Shown here: positions 1 through 14,066 of the stretch, piece after piece
How the letters are laid out: each line of letters starts with the position of its first letter
Position numbering within the stretch: the first letter of the stretch is position 1
Assembly (NCBI GenBank): GCA_041752695.1
Contig: JBGSVZ010000092.1
Span: 113,250 to 177,249, forward strand
Source of the DNA: Terrimicrobiaceae bacterium
GTDB lineage: Bacteria; Verrucomicrobiota; Verrucomicrobiia; Chthoniobacterales; Terrimicrobiaceae
Direction: 5' to 3'
DNA length: 64,000 bases
The notes under the pieces: generated by a model
The model's database searches: none
Told to the model about the DNA's origin: nothing
What the model saw: only the letters and a program-made list of their open reading frames with translations
Position numbers and translations under genes: made by a program

Positions 1-2076
1 CGCAACGAGATCCTCAAGGAACTCGACCCCAATTTTGCCCCGCAGGAAGAAGGCGAAGGCGTACCCACCGAAGTTGGCGGGAAAAAAGACACCAAGACTC
101 CGGCTCTCCGCGCCTTTGGCCGCGATCTCACCGAGATGGCCAAGAAGTCGGAACTCGATCCCGTCATTGGCCGGGCGGAGGAAATCGAGCGGGTCATCCA
201 GATTCTTTGCCGCCGCACGAAAAACAATCCTGTCCTCATTGGTGAAGCCGGTGTGGGTAAGACGGCGATCGCCGAAGGCCTCGCCCAGGAAATTGTAGCT
301 GGCAACGTGCCGGAACTCCTGGTCGACAAAAAAGTCATCACGCTCGACCTCGCCCTCATGGTGGCCGGCACAAAATATCGCGGGCAGTTTGAGGAACGCA
401 TTAAGGCTGTAATGGACGAAATCCGTCGCACTAAGAACGTCCTCCTTTTCATCGACGAACTTCACACCATCGTCGGCGCAGGTTCCGCCGAGGGTGCCAT
501 GGACGCGTCGAACATCATCAAGCCCGCCCTGTCCCGCGGCGAGCTGCAGTGCATCGGTGCGACCACGCTCAACGAGTATCGCAAATACATCGAGAAGGAC
601 GCCGCCCTCGAGCGTCGCTTTCAGACCGTCAAAGTCGAGGCCCCAAGCGTGGAGCAAACGATCCAAATCCTGAAGGGGATTCGTCCGAAATACGAAGCGC
701 ACCACAAGGCGCGGATTCTCGATGAAGCCATTGAGGCTGCTGCGAAACTGTCAGACCGCTACCTCACCGGGCGTTTTCTGCCGGACAAAGCCATCGACGT
801 GATGGACGAAGCCGGTTCCCGCGCGCGCATCGCCGCGATGACCCGCCCGCCCAACGTCAAGGACATCGAGGCCGACATCGAGAGGATACGCGGAGAAAAG
901 GAAGCCGCCATCAAGGCGCAGGATTTCGAAAAAGCCGCCGCCCTCCGCGACAGCGAGAAGCAGGCCAAGGACCGCCTCGACGCGATCCTCTCCGAATGGC
1001 GCGTGAGCAAGGGCGAAAAGGAAGTCGTCGTTTCCGTGGACGAAATCATGCACGTCCTCTCCAAGTGGACCGGCGTGCCACTTTCGCGCATGGAACAGAA
1101 GGAAACCGCCAAACTCCTCGCCATGGAAAGCGAACTCAAAGGCAAGGTGATCGGCCAGGACGAAGCCGTCATCGCGATCAGCAAGGCCTTGCGCCGCTCC
1201 CGTGCGGATCTCAAGGATCCCCGGCGTCCGATTGGCTCTTTCGTTTTCCTCGGCCCGACGGGCGTGGGCAAAACGTTCCTGGCTCGCACCCTGGCCGAGT
1301 TCATGTTCGGCGACGCCGACGCGCTCATCCAGATCGACATGTCTGAGTACATGGAAAAATTCACCGCCTCCCGCCTCATCGGCTCGCCTCCGGGCTACGT
1401 CGGTTACGAGGAAGGCGGACAGCTCTCGGAAGCGGTGCGCCGCCGGCCCTACTCCGTGGTCCTGTTCGACGAAATTGAAAATGCTCACCCCGACGTGATG
1501 CACCTTCTCCTCCAAATTCTGGAAGAGGGCAAAATCACCGACTCGTTGGCCCGCAAGATCGATTTCCGCAATACGATCATCATCATGACGTCCAACGTCG
1601 GTGCGGAGCTGATCAAAAAACAGACCCAGCTTGGATTCGGAGCGCCCAAGCTCGACGACAACTACGATAACATGCGGGAGAAAATCCTCGATGAAACCAA
1701 ACGTGTCTTCAAGCCGGAGTTCCTCAACCGTCTGGATGACATCATCGTCTTCCACACCCTGACGAAGCCCGACCTCGTGACGATCGTGAATCTCGAAGTT
1801 TCCAAGGTGGTGGATCGCATCAAGTTGAAAAACATCCATCTGGAGCTCGACGAAACCGCCAAGGACTTCCTCATCGAGAAGGGTTACGACCCGCAATACG
1901 GCGCGCGTCCGATGCGCCGAGCGGTCGAGAAATATCTCGAAGACCCGATGGCCGAGGACATGCTCCGCGGCAACATCAAGCCCGGCGAAACCGTGCAGGT
2001 GAAGCGCGATGGCGAAAAACTTGCCTTCAGCCCCGCGACGCCGACTCCCGAGCCCAGCGAAGCTGCGGCGGGTTAG
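1..2076 (+). CDS. clpC: ATP-dependent Clp protease ATP-binding subunit ClpC, 5'-truncated by the window edge
   Basis: Frame is open from base 1 ([10 protein letters not shown]...[16 protein letters not shown]). Two AAA+ modules ([14 protein letters not shown] and [14 protein letters not shown]), UVR-type middle domain ([12 protein letters not shown]), GARPMRR. Confidence 0.95.
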   Translation, partial: RNEILKELDPNFAPQEEGEGVPTEVGGKKDTKTPALRAFGRDLTEMAKKSELDPVIGRAEEIERVIQILCRRTKNNPVLIGEAGVGKTAIAEGLAQEIVAGNVPELLVDKKVITLDLALMVAGTKYRGQFEERIKAVMDEIRRTKNVLLFIDELHTIVGAGSAEGAMDASNIIKPALSRGELQCIGATTLNEYRKYIEKDAALERRFQTVKVEAPSVEQTIQILKGIRPKYEAHHKARILDEAIEAAAKLSDRYLTGRFLPDKAIDVMDEAGSRARIAAMTRPPNVKDIEADIERIRGEKEAAIKAQDFEKAAALRDSEKQAKDRLDAILSEWRVSKGEKEVVVSVDEIMHVLSKWTGVPLSRMEQKETAKLLAMESELKGKVIGQDEAVIAISKALRRSRADLKDPRRPIGSFVFLGPTGVGKTFLARTLAEFMFGDADALIQIDMSEYMEKFTASRLIGSPPGYVGYEEGGQLSEAVRRRPYSVVLFDEIENAHPDVMHLLLQILEEGKITDSLARKIDFRNTIIIMTSNVGAELIKKQTQLGFGAPKLDDNYDNMREKILDETKRVFKPEFLNRLDDIIVFHTLTKPDLVTIVNLEVSKVVDRIKLKNIHLELDETAKDFLIEKGYDPQYGARPMRRAVEKYLEDPMAEDMLRGNIKPGETVQVKRDGEKLAFSPATPTPEPSEAAAG

Positions 2077-2102
2077 GCGGACTTAGTCCTGAAACCTTTA
2101 AG

Positions 2103-2134
2103 CGGCCGGATGGGAGACCATCCGGCCGTTTTTT
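2103..2134 (+). terminator. Intrinsic terminator of clpC
   Basis: Perfect 11-bp stem CGGCCGGATGG/CCATCCGGCCG with a GAGA loop, followed by T6. Confidence 0.9.
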
Positions 2135-2138
2135 CGTT

Positions 2139-2212
2139 GGTGCACCGGCATCTTGCCGCTTCCAGGCGCGGGCAAGCCGCTCCGCTAAGTAGGGGCGTGC
2201 CTTACGCGCGCC
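2139..2212. repeat. REP-like short palindromes between convergent clpC and gltD
   Basis: CGGCA-TCT-TGCCG hairpin, and GTAG (2189-2192) followed by a GGCGTGC/GCGCGCC hairpin. Confidence 0.45.
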
Positions 2213-2215
2213 TTC

Positions 2216-3712
2216 TTACGGCAGCCGGGTGGAACCCATCAGGAAGCGGTCGCATTCCCTAGCAGCTCCGCGGCCTTCGTTGATGGCCCAAACGACGAGG
2301 GATTGGCCGCGGCGCATGTCGCCGGCGGCGAAGACGCCGGGGAGGTTGGTGACGTATTTCTCGTGTTCGGCTTTCACGTTGCTGCGGGGGTCGGTTTCCA
2401 ACTCGAATTGTTCGATGACGGTTTTTTCCGGCCCGAGGAATCCGAGGGCGAGCAAGGCGAGTTCGCAGGGAAGGGTGCGGGTGGTGCCTTCGACTTCCTG
2501 AGGCACAAAACGGCCCTGGGCATCTTTGCCCCATTGAATCTCGCAGATTTCCAAGCCGGAGAGGTTGCCGTCCGCATCCTTGAGGAAACGTTTGGTTTGC
2601 ACCAGATAGTGGCGGGGGTCGCGGCCCTGGACGGCAGCGGCTTCTTCCTGGCCGTAGTCGAGTTTGTAAACCTTCGGCCACTCGGGCCACGGGTTGTTGG
2701 CGGCACGTTCCTTCGGAGGCTGAGGGAGGATTTCCAACTGGATGACGTTTTTGCAGCCGTGGCGCAAGCTGGTGCCCACGCAGTCTGTGCCGGTGTCGCC
2801 GCCGCCGATGACCACGACGTTTTTGCCGGTGGCGTTGAGGGCGGGGTTGGTGCCGTCGAATTTGTGGTCGAGCTGGTGGCGGGTGTTGGTGGTGAGAAAT
2901 TCCATCGCGAGGTGGATGCCTTTCGCATCGCGATTTTCGATGGTGAGGTCGCGTCCGGCGGTGGCACCGCAACAGAGGACGACGGCGTCGAAATCCTTGC
3001 GTAGGCGCTTGGAGGTCCATTTGGCATCGGTGCCAATAGCCACGCCCGTGAGAAAAGTGACGCCTTCCGCGCGCATGAGATTGACTCGGCGGTCCACGAT
3101 CTCCGTCTTGTCGAGTTTCATGTTGGGGATGCCATACATGAGCAGGCCACCGATGCGGTCGGCGCGTTCGAAGACGGTGACGGTGTGGCCGGCTTGATTG
3201 AGCTGGTCGGCGCAGGCCAGGCCGGCGGGACCGGAACCCACCACGGCTACGCGTTTTCCGGTGCGGTGTTTCGGCGGGTTAGGCTGGAGCCAGCCTTCCT
3301 CCCAGCCGCGGTCAATGATCGAGGCCTCGATGTCCTTGATCGTGACGGCGGGCTCGATAGAACCCAGCACACAGGAGCCCTCGCACGGGGCGGGGCAGAC
3401 GCGGCCGGTGAACTCGGGGAAATTGTTCGTGCGGCGGAGGCGCTGCAGGGCTTCCTGCCAGCGGTTGCGGTAAACGAGGTCGTTAAATTCCGGGATGAGG
3501 TTGTTGATGGGACAACCGCTGGCCATGCCGGAAATCAGGATGCCGGTGTGGCAATACGGTGTGCCACAATCCATGCAACGCGAGGCCTGTTTGCCGACGG
3601 CGGCATCTTCGCGGTGTGCGTGAACTTCCTTCCAATCCTTCAGCCGCTCGACCGGCGGTCGGTTTGGAATGGTTTTGCGTTCGACTTCGAGAAATCCGGT
3701 GGCTTTGCCCAT
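2216..3712 (-). CDS. gltD: Glutamate synthase small (beta) subunit
   Basis: MGKATGFLE start, RCMDCG and GRVCPAPCE Fe-S motifs, GSGPAG and GGGDTG dinucleotide-binding motifs, [14 protein letters not shown]. Confidence 0.97.
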   Translation of the reverse strand: MGKATGFLEVERKTIPNRPPVERLKDWKEVHAHREDAAVGKQASRCMDCGTPYCHTGILISGMASGCPINNLIPEFNDLVYRNRWQEALQRLRRTNNFPEFTGRVCPAPCEGSCVLGSIEPAVTIKDIEASIIDRGWEEGWLQPNPPKHRTGKRVAVVGSGPAGLACADQLNQAGHTVTVFERADRIGGLLMYGIPNMKLDKTEIVDRRVNLMRAEGVTFLTGVAIGTDAKWTSKRLRKDFDAVVLCCGATAGRDLTIENRDAKGIHLAMEFLTTNTRHQLDHKFDGTNPALNATGKNVVVIGGGDTGTDCVGTSLRHGCKNVIQLEILPQPPKERAANNPWPEWPKVYKLDYGQEEAAAVQGRDPRHYLVQTKRFLKDADGNLSGLEICEIQWGKDAQGRFVPQEVEGTTRTLPCELALLALGFLGPEKTVIEQFELETDPRSNVKAEHEKYVTNLPGVFAAGDMRRGQSLVVWAINEGRGAARECDRFLMGSTRLP

Positions 3713-3740
3713 GGGAATTTAAAAAAATGGAAGGTTGGAA

Positions 3741-8426
<4,686 letters not shown>

Positions 8427-8725
8427 GTGCTTCAATTTTCGTTCGATAAATCTATTGGGTAGGAGCCGGTTCGAGGGAGGAGCGAGAGTTGCTCACTCCC
8501 CCGCAGTCGACGGCCTGCATAAAACAAAACGCCCGAGCCTCCCGTGGCGATGTGAAAATCACAGTTTTGACCGGATTTTTTCAAAAAAGGGCACGGAATC
8601 GATCTCTTCTCCCCCGAATCTTCACGATGGAGGCCCCGTAGCCTCAGTCATGGTGTGCGAAGTATTATCTTTTCTTATAACTTGACCCTTCTCAGTAGCG
8701 GTTTTTTTGATATTCTTTTGTCCTC

Positions 8726-10138
8726 ATGATCTCATCGCCCGTCTCTCCCTCCGATACTCACCGAGTTGAAACCGACACCATGGGCCCGATTGCTGTCCCG
8801 CATGATCGCTACTGGGGGGCGCAGACGGCGCGTTCGCTCATTCATTTTGACATCGGCGACGACGTCAAGCCGCCGGAACTGATCAAGGCCCTCGGGGTTC
8901 TGAAGAAGTCCTGCGCCCTGGCCAACCGGGATCTCGGAAAACTCTCCGTCGAAAAGTGCGACCTCATTTCCCAGGCCGCCGACGAGGTCATCGCCGGAAA
9001 ACTCGACGATCATTTTCCCCTGCGCATCTGGCAGACCGGGAGCGGCACACAGAGCAACATGAACGCCAACGAAGTCATCTCGAACCGCGCCATCGAGATC
9101 GCGGGTGGGGTGAAGGGATCCAAGACGCCCGTCCATCCCAACGACGACGTGAACATGTCGCAGTCCTCCAACGATACTTTCCCCACCGCGATGAACATCG
9201 CCGCCGCCTGTGTGGTGGTGGAGCGTTTGCTTCCCTCCGTGCGCAAGCTGCGCGACACGCTGGACGCCAAGGCCAAGGCATTTTCCGACATCGTGAAAAT
9301 CGGCCGCACCCATTTGCAGGACGCGACCCCGCTCACGCTTGGTCAGGAATTTTCCGGCTGGGTCACTCTCCTCGACGAAGACATGAAGCGCGTCGAGCTT
9401 TCCCTGCCGGGCCTCTATTCCACGGCCATCGGTGGCACAGCGGTCGGCACGGGATTGAACTCGCATCCAGAATTCGGCGACCGCGCCGCGGCGCACATGG
9501 CGGCAATCACCGGACTCCCCTTCGTGGCGGCGCCGAACAAATTTGCTGCGCTCTCCGCGCACAATGAATTTGTCTTTGCCAGCGGGGCGCTCAAGAGCCT
9601 GGCGTGTTCATTGATGAAAATTGCCAACGACATCCGCTGGCTGGCCTCGGGTCCGCGCTGCGGCCTGGGCGAACTGACCATTCCGGAAAACGAACCCGGC
9701 TCCTCCATCATGCCCGGCAAGGTGAATCCCACCCAGTGCGAGTCGATCACCATGATCGCCGTCCAAGTGATGGGAAATGACGCCGCCATTGGCTTCGCCG
9801 GGTCGCAGGGCAACTTCGAGCTGAACGTCTTCAAGCCGGTCATCATTTTCAACTTCCTCAACTCCGCCCGCCTCCTGGCCGACGGCTGCGAATCCTTCGA
9901 CGAACATTGCGCCAAGGGCATCGAACCCAACCGCGAAAAAATTGCCGAATACGTGAAGACCTCGCTGATGCTCGTCACCGCGCTCAACCCGCATATCGGC
10001 TACGACAAGGCGGCCCAGATCGCCAAGAAAGCGCACAAGGAACGAACGGGTCTCAAGGACGCCGCGATTGCGCTCGGCCATCTCACCTCGGAGCAGTTCG
10101 ATGAGTGGGTGAAGGCCGAGGAAATGACGCACCCCTGA
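8726..10138 (+). CDS. fumC: Fumarate hydratase class II
   Basis: [15 protein letters not shown] signature, [22 protein letters not shown]. Confidence 0.97.
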   Translation: MISSPVSPSDTHRVETDTMGPIAVPHDRYWGAQTARSLIHFDIGDDVKPPELIKALGVLKKSCALANRDLGKLSVEKCDLISQAADEVIAGKLDDHFPLRIWQTGSGTQSNMNANEVISNRAIEIAGGVKGSKTPVHPNDDVNMSQSSNDTFPTAMNIAAACVVVERLLPSVRKLRDTLDAKAKAFSDIVKIGRTHLQDATPLTLGQEFSGWVTLLDEDMKRVELSLPGLYSTAIGGTAVGTGLNSHPEFGDRAAAHMAAITGLPFVAAPNKFAALSAHNEFVFASGALKSLACSLMKIANDIRWLASGPRCGLGELTIPENEPGSSIMPGKVNPTQCESITMIAVQVMGNDAAIGFAGSQGNFELNVFKPVIIFNFLNSARLLADGCESFDEHCAKGIEPNREKIAEYVKTSLMLVTALNPHIGYDKAAQIAKKAHKERTGLKDAAIALGHLTSEQFDEWVKAEEMTHP

Positions 10139-10156
10139 GGGAGGGGCTTTGCCCGT

Positions 10157-10195
10157 AACGCCGAACGTTGAACGCCGAACTCTCAACGCTGAAGT
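10157..10195 (+). repeat. Heptamer array after fumC
   Basis: AACGCCG AACGTTG AACGCCG AACTCTC AACGCTG AAGT, starting 18 nt after the stop codon. Confidence 0.9.
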
Positions 10196-10340
10196 TTCGG
10201 AATTGAATTCTCCACGTCGTTGTGGTGGGGCGCGTGACTCTGGCGGAGAGGGTCGCTTCTCCAAGCGGCAATATATCAATGTTAAATGGCAGCCCCCTTC
10301 GCGCTCGCCAATTTGGATCACGTCTGTTACGCCACGCTAA

Positions 10341-10820
10341 ATGAAGCGTTTCATCCTCCTCGCCTCCATACTTTCAACGTCCGCGGTAGCGCAAGAACCC
10401 GTAACCAATACTGCCGCTCCAATCGTTGCCGTAGACCCAATCTCACCCGCCGAGGCGCAGAAACGATTTGTGGCTCAAATAAAGGCCGACATCAAACGGG
10501 CCGAAGTGGAGATCGAGGCACCCCATAAGAATGTAGACCCTGAGGGTAAAACCAACACCTACTTGGCGGAATACGATGGCAAGCTCGAATACGACATCAA
10601 AAAAACCGATTCCATCGTTTCACCATACACCGGTATTGCCGTGTGGGACGTGAAGTGGTCCCTCAACGGGCGTGATACTGGGATTCGAATGAGCTTTGTA
10701 GGAACCTACTCCTATCAAGATGGAGCGTGGGTTTTCAAAGGGCTCAAGCGCCGAGCTTATAACGAGGATGGGTCACCACATGACATGCCGGCGGATGAAT
10801 ATGTAGAAGCCTTCCAGTGA
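10341..10820 (+). CDS. Hypothetical secreted protein
   Basis: Signal peptide MKRFILLASILSTSAVA; natural-looking composition; stop overlaps the next start (GTGA). Confidence 0.75.
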   Translation: MKRFILLASILSTSAVAQEPVTNTAAPIVAVDPISPAEAQKRFVAQIKADIKRAEVEIEAPHKNVDPEGKTNTYLAEYDGKLEYDIKKTDSIVSPYTGIAVWDVKWSLNGRDTGIRMSFVGTYSYQDGAWVFKGLKRRAYNEDGSPHDMPADEYVEAFQ

Positions 10821-11239
10821 GTGAAACCTTGTTCGGCATACTTGGAATTCTCCTTGGCGCGTGGTTGGGGCATCGCTTCGATCTTGGTCGAAGTCGACTT
10901 CTAAAGCGAGAGTCGGATATTAAGGCCGAGCAAGTCACGTTTTTACCGATGATCGAGGAGTCCAGGCAGAAGCTCACGAGCGGGCAGCCGTTATCGAACT
11001 GGAGAAAGCTCAAACCCAACATCAACGACGCAGCCAGACGTTTTCGTCTGTTCCTTCTGCCACGGCGACAAAAAACCTTCGATCTGATTTGGCAGGAACT
11101 TGCGACCCTCAAGGATTCCGATCTTCTGAACGTCAAAGGAACATGGTTCGGCCCGGAAGAAGAGAAGGAGTTGGTGGCCACTCAAATGAAGTTGATAGAC
11201 AAATTAGGTCGGCTCTACGAATCCGTTGAGCGCTGCTAG
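10817..11239 (+). CDS. Hypothetical protein with a single N-terminal membrane anchor
   Basis: LFGILGILLGAWLG anchor followed by a helical soluble domain; GTGA coupling to the upstream ORF; stop overlaps the convergent stop (CTAG). Confidence 0.7.
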   Translation: MSETLFGILGILLGAWLGHRFDLGRSRLLKRESDIKAEQVTFLPMIEESRQKLTSGQPLSNWRKLKPNINDAARRFRLFLLPRRQKTFDLIWQELATLKDSDLLNVKGTWFGPEEEKELVATQMKLIDKLGRLYESVERC

Positions 11240-12444
11240 ATGAGGTCGTCCAACATCTCGGGTAAGTCGGCAAGATCGTCATGGTGCATGAGGATCACGC
11301 CAGTCGCATTGGCGAGCTTCTTTGCCGAGGGCGTGTAGGTCTGGTTGGTGACAACGACCGCGTGGTCAACCTCGTAGAAAAGTCGGGCGGCGGACACCTC
11401 TTGCACGGCTTTATTCCCTACTGGTTGCCCGTAGAGCTTGCATTGGACCACGACGGTGGTCCCATCCTTCTCCGCAATCACGTCCGCACCTTGGTCGCCG
11501 CTGCCGGTGGTTCGCCTCGCCTTCCATCCATCGTTTTCGAGGAGTTCCGCGCAGTGGGCTTCGTATTCGTAGGGATTGGTGGGCACCTCCTTGCCACCCA
11601 CCCGGGACTCGATGACGGTGTCGAACCCGTCCAGCATTTCGACAGTGAAGTAAACCTTACTCACGGCCCCAGAGAGGCTTTTCGTCACGAAGCTCCCAGC
11701 TTCCCCTTTATCTTCCTGTGCAAACCGCCGGAGTTCATTCAGCAAGTATTTGTCGAAGTATGCCCGGAGTTCCTTGTCCCAAGCTGTGGTATCTACCGCG
11801 CCATAATCATCCACAGTCCGCAGGATTTTCCGTTTCCGGGCCAGCGTTTTCACGTGCTCTGGGGGCATCCGTTCAAGAACCTGCTGGGCAATAGCATTGA
11901 TGAGAGGCATCCGCTTTTGGCGTTCCGTCTCCTGGGCAGCCATCAGTTCAGTAAGAGTCATCTTGCGGCGGGTGAAGAACGCCTTTTTGAGCATGTAGAT
12001 AAGCAAGAGGGCGACTAGAGTGATGAATATGATGCTGCCGAGGTCTAAGGCCGACCACCAGCCCCGGTCCACCACTCTGGCGGCGGACGTAGAGACGGCA
12101 GCAGGTTGCGGGTAGGCGGCGGGTGCGAGCGTGGTAGCTGGCTTGAGTGTGGGTTCAGGAGTTGAGGCCGGCGTTGGTGTCGGCGTAGGGGTTGGTGTCG
12201 GCTCCTCGCCTACGAAAACGGTGGTGTTTACCCATCCCTCGGCGGTCCCATTTTTCACGAAGGCTTTGCCGCCTTTCCTCTCGGACACTGTAACCGGGGT
12301 TCCTGCCTTGATTGCTACCTCCCCCACTTTTTTCCCGTCTATGACGAGCGGCAATCTAATGTCCTGATTGATGATCGGTCTGTCTTGGGCAAGGGCCGAC
12401 CCGGCAACCAGAAGCATTGCTACTAGAGCCAAAGGGAATCTCAT
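11236..12444 (-). CDS. Membrane-anchored Mrr-family (Mrr_cat) restriction-endonuclease-like protein
   Basis: Signal peptide, SH3b-like segment (IKAGTPVTV...TAEGWVNT), PT-rich linker, TM helix (IIFITLVALLLIYML), C-terminal YEYEAHCAELL...GSGDQGADVIA...VVQCKLY. Confidence 0.85.
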   Translation of the reverse strand: MRFPLALVAMLLVAGSALAQDRPIINQDIRLPLVIDGKKVGEVAIKAGTPVTVSERKGGKAFVKNGTAEGWVNTTVFVGEEPTPTPTPTPTPASTPEPTLKPATTLAPAAYPQPAAVSTSAARVVDRGWWSALDLGSIIFITLVALLLIYMLKKAFFTRRKMTLTELMAAQETERQKRMPLINAIAQQVLERMPPEHVKTLARKRKILRTVDDYGAVDTTAWDKELRAYFDKYLLNELRRFAQEDKGEAGSFVTKSLSGAVSKVYFTVEMLDGFDTVIESRVGGKEVPTNPYEYEAHCAELLENDGWKARRTTGSGDQGADVIAEKDGTTVVVQCKLYGQPVGNKAVQEVSAARLFYEVDHAVVVTNQTYTPSAKKLANATGVILMHHDDLADLPEMLDDLI

Positions 12445-12780
12445 GGGACCCGTCTAACAAGAAACCCCTCAGGCGGCAAAAATTTCCTCCGGTCCTTGAG
12501 CGAGAGGGGAGAGGGCACTACTGTCCAAAACAGGAGTGAAAAAGGTCGCCTTGCGGGGTAAAAATGAGAAAGGGAGAGAGGGGGTAGCTATTCAATATTG
12601 ACATCGTTCGAGGAAACGAGTCGGTCCGTGTATGCGGTGCGCCAGCACCGCCAACAACGACCAATGAGCTCGGGTTAAGCCCGGGGGTCAGTCAACAAAT
12701 CCTGACAGAAAGCTTCGTCATGAGTAGCGGATTTCCTAATTATCGATCGCGGCGGGCGATTCGTTTTTTCAGTGGAACAG

Positions 12781-13284
12781 CTAATGGCGCATGAATTTTC
12801 GGACAATTTCTCTCGGCTTCGCGATCAAGAGAGAATCACCGTCAACACTGCAATCCTTGAGAAGCTTTTGCAGTCGCCCGCTGTGTTGCGCGTCGAGCAT
12901 GTGATTGTCGCTACTCAATAAAATTGTAGCTCCAATCAAAGCCGCTTCTGCGATGATGAAAGAATCGTTTTCCTCCTCTTCAGGCAAAAGACTCTGGGCA
13001 CGCAACTTGAAGCCAATTTGTTCGACGATTCCATGCCCGGCGGGAATGAGGTTGAGCGGTTGATACCCTCGGACAAGCATGTTCTCAAGAACCCCTTTCG
13101 CTGTAGCTCGTTTCTCTGGGCGGCTGCCCTCGATGGCAGCGTAAGCCAGTTCGTGGAGAACCGTTGGAGTGACAATGAATCGCACGCCCTTGATCCGTTC
13201 CCGGATTGTCCCGAGAGCGTCCAAAACGTCCTCGCTCCTCAGTTCTTCATCAAGAAGGACATTCGTATCAACTGCGATGAACAC
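12781..13284 (-). CDS. PIN-domain (VapC-like) ribonuclease, putative toxin
   Basis: FIAVDTNVLLD, TPTVLHEL, EENDSFIIAEA and LLSSDNHM supply the acidic PIN tetrad. GTG start at 13284 (alternative ATG 13305). Confidence 0.85.
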   Translation of the reverse strand: MFIAVDTNVLLDEELRSEDVLDALGTIRERIKGVRFIVTPTVLHELAYAAIEGSRPEKRATAKGVLENMLVRGYQPLNLIPAGHGIVEQIGFKLRAQSLLPEEEENDSFIIAEAALIGATILLSSDNHMLDAQHSGRLQKLLKDCSVDGDSLLIAKPREIVRKFMRH

Positions 13285-13441
13285 GCACGGCCTGCGACTG
13301 CCCATCGCGATAAATCATTGCCATGGCCGCTCCCATCAAGGATTGACGTTGAGAATCGGATAGCTTGTTCGCTTTTGCGCGAATTTCTTCCGCCATCCGG
13401 GTTCCCTTGGTAGCCTTCTCGTGCTTTTTGTTTTCGGCCAT
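13268..13441 (-). CDS. 57-aa helical protein, putative antitoxin
   Basis: MAENKKHEKATKGTRMAEEIRAKANKLSDSQRQSLMGAAMAMIYRDGQSQAVRVHRS; directly upstream of the PIN gene and overlapping its start. Confidence 0.6.
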   Translation of the reverse strand: MAENKKHEKATKGTRMAEEIRAKANKLSDSQRQSLMGAAMAMIYRDGQSQAVRVHRS

Positions 13442-13633
13442 GATCGTTCTCGTAAGCTGCCATGTGCGGCAGGTGTCTGCATTTGTATGACACCTGAATA
13501 CTCGCACATTGTGCGGAAAAAAACAAAAATTCGCCGACAGGCCATTGTCTGGCGGCGAATTTGGACGGGCAACTCTCCTCCAAAGGTGCAGGAATTGCTC
13601 CAGGCCATACGAAAATGTTTCCCGATCTTGGAC

Positions 13634-13866
13634 GCACCAACGGTGCGGGAATGCCATAGCCCAGCCCGGCAGGGCTGGGTTTATAGGAGCAGCGGAAGGC
13701 AGCCTGAAGGGCCGCGATAGGGCTGCATTTCCTGCGTCACCCATGGGGAATTGGCAGCGTGGATCCACCTTCCGTTCCTTCCATCGCAGCCTTTCAGGCC
13801 GCCTTCCTTCCAGGCCAGAGACCTGGGCCTTCGACCCAGGCTGTGGGATGACGGGCCTTCGGCCCT
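13634..13866. repeat. Multi-hairpin palindromic intergenic element (REPIN/MITE-like)
   Basis: GCACC-AAC-GGTGC; CCCAGCCC-GGCA-GGGCTGGG; CCTGAAGGGC...GCCTTTCAGG; CCTGGG...CCCAGG; GGGCC-TTC-GGCCC, arranged with overall dyad symmetry. Confidence 0.7.
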
Positions 13867-14066
13867 CACGCCATACCTTACCGAGGTTCAATCGCACCCC
13901 ATTCAAGGGCATTCCCGGGCGGTTCCTTGACGGACGCCTAAAAATTCCCCGACGCCGCATTTTTCGAATGACACATTGCGGTCATGGAATGAAAGTTGCT
14001 ACCTGTCCTCCGCGGCACACCCGTCGCGAAGCCAACCGGAACATTATTTTGGGAAAAACCACCTGC

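Noticed and set aside
12700..12725. Hammerhead ribozyme core
   Set aside because: CTGACAGAAA does not match CUGANGA followed by stem II and GAAA.
13509..14066. Long N-terminal extension of gltB copy 2 (1717-aa ORF)
   Set aside because: It runs through a palindromic repeat and promoter region; GltB homology starts near 14100.
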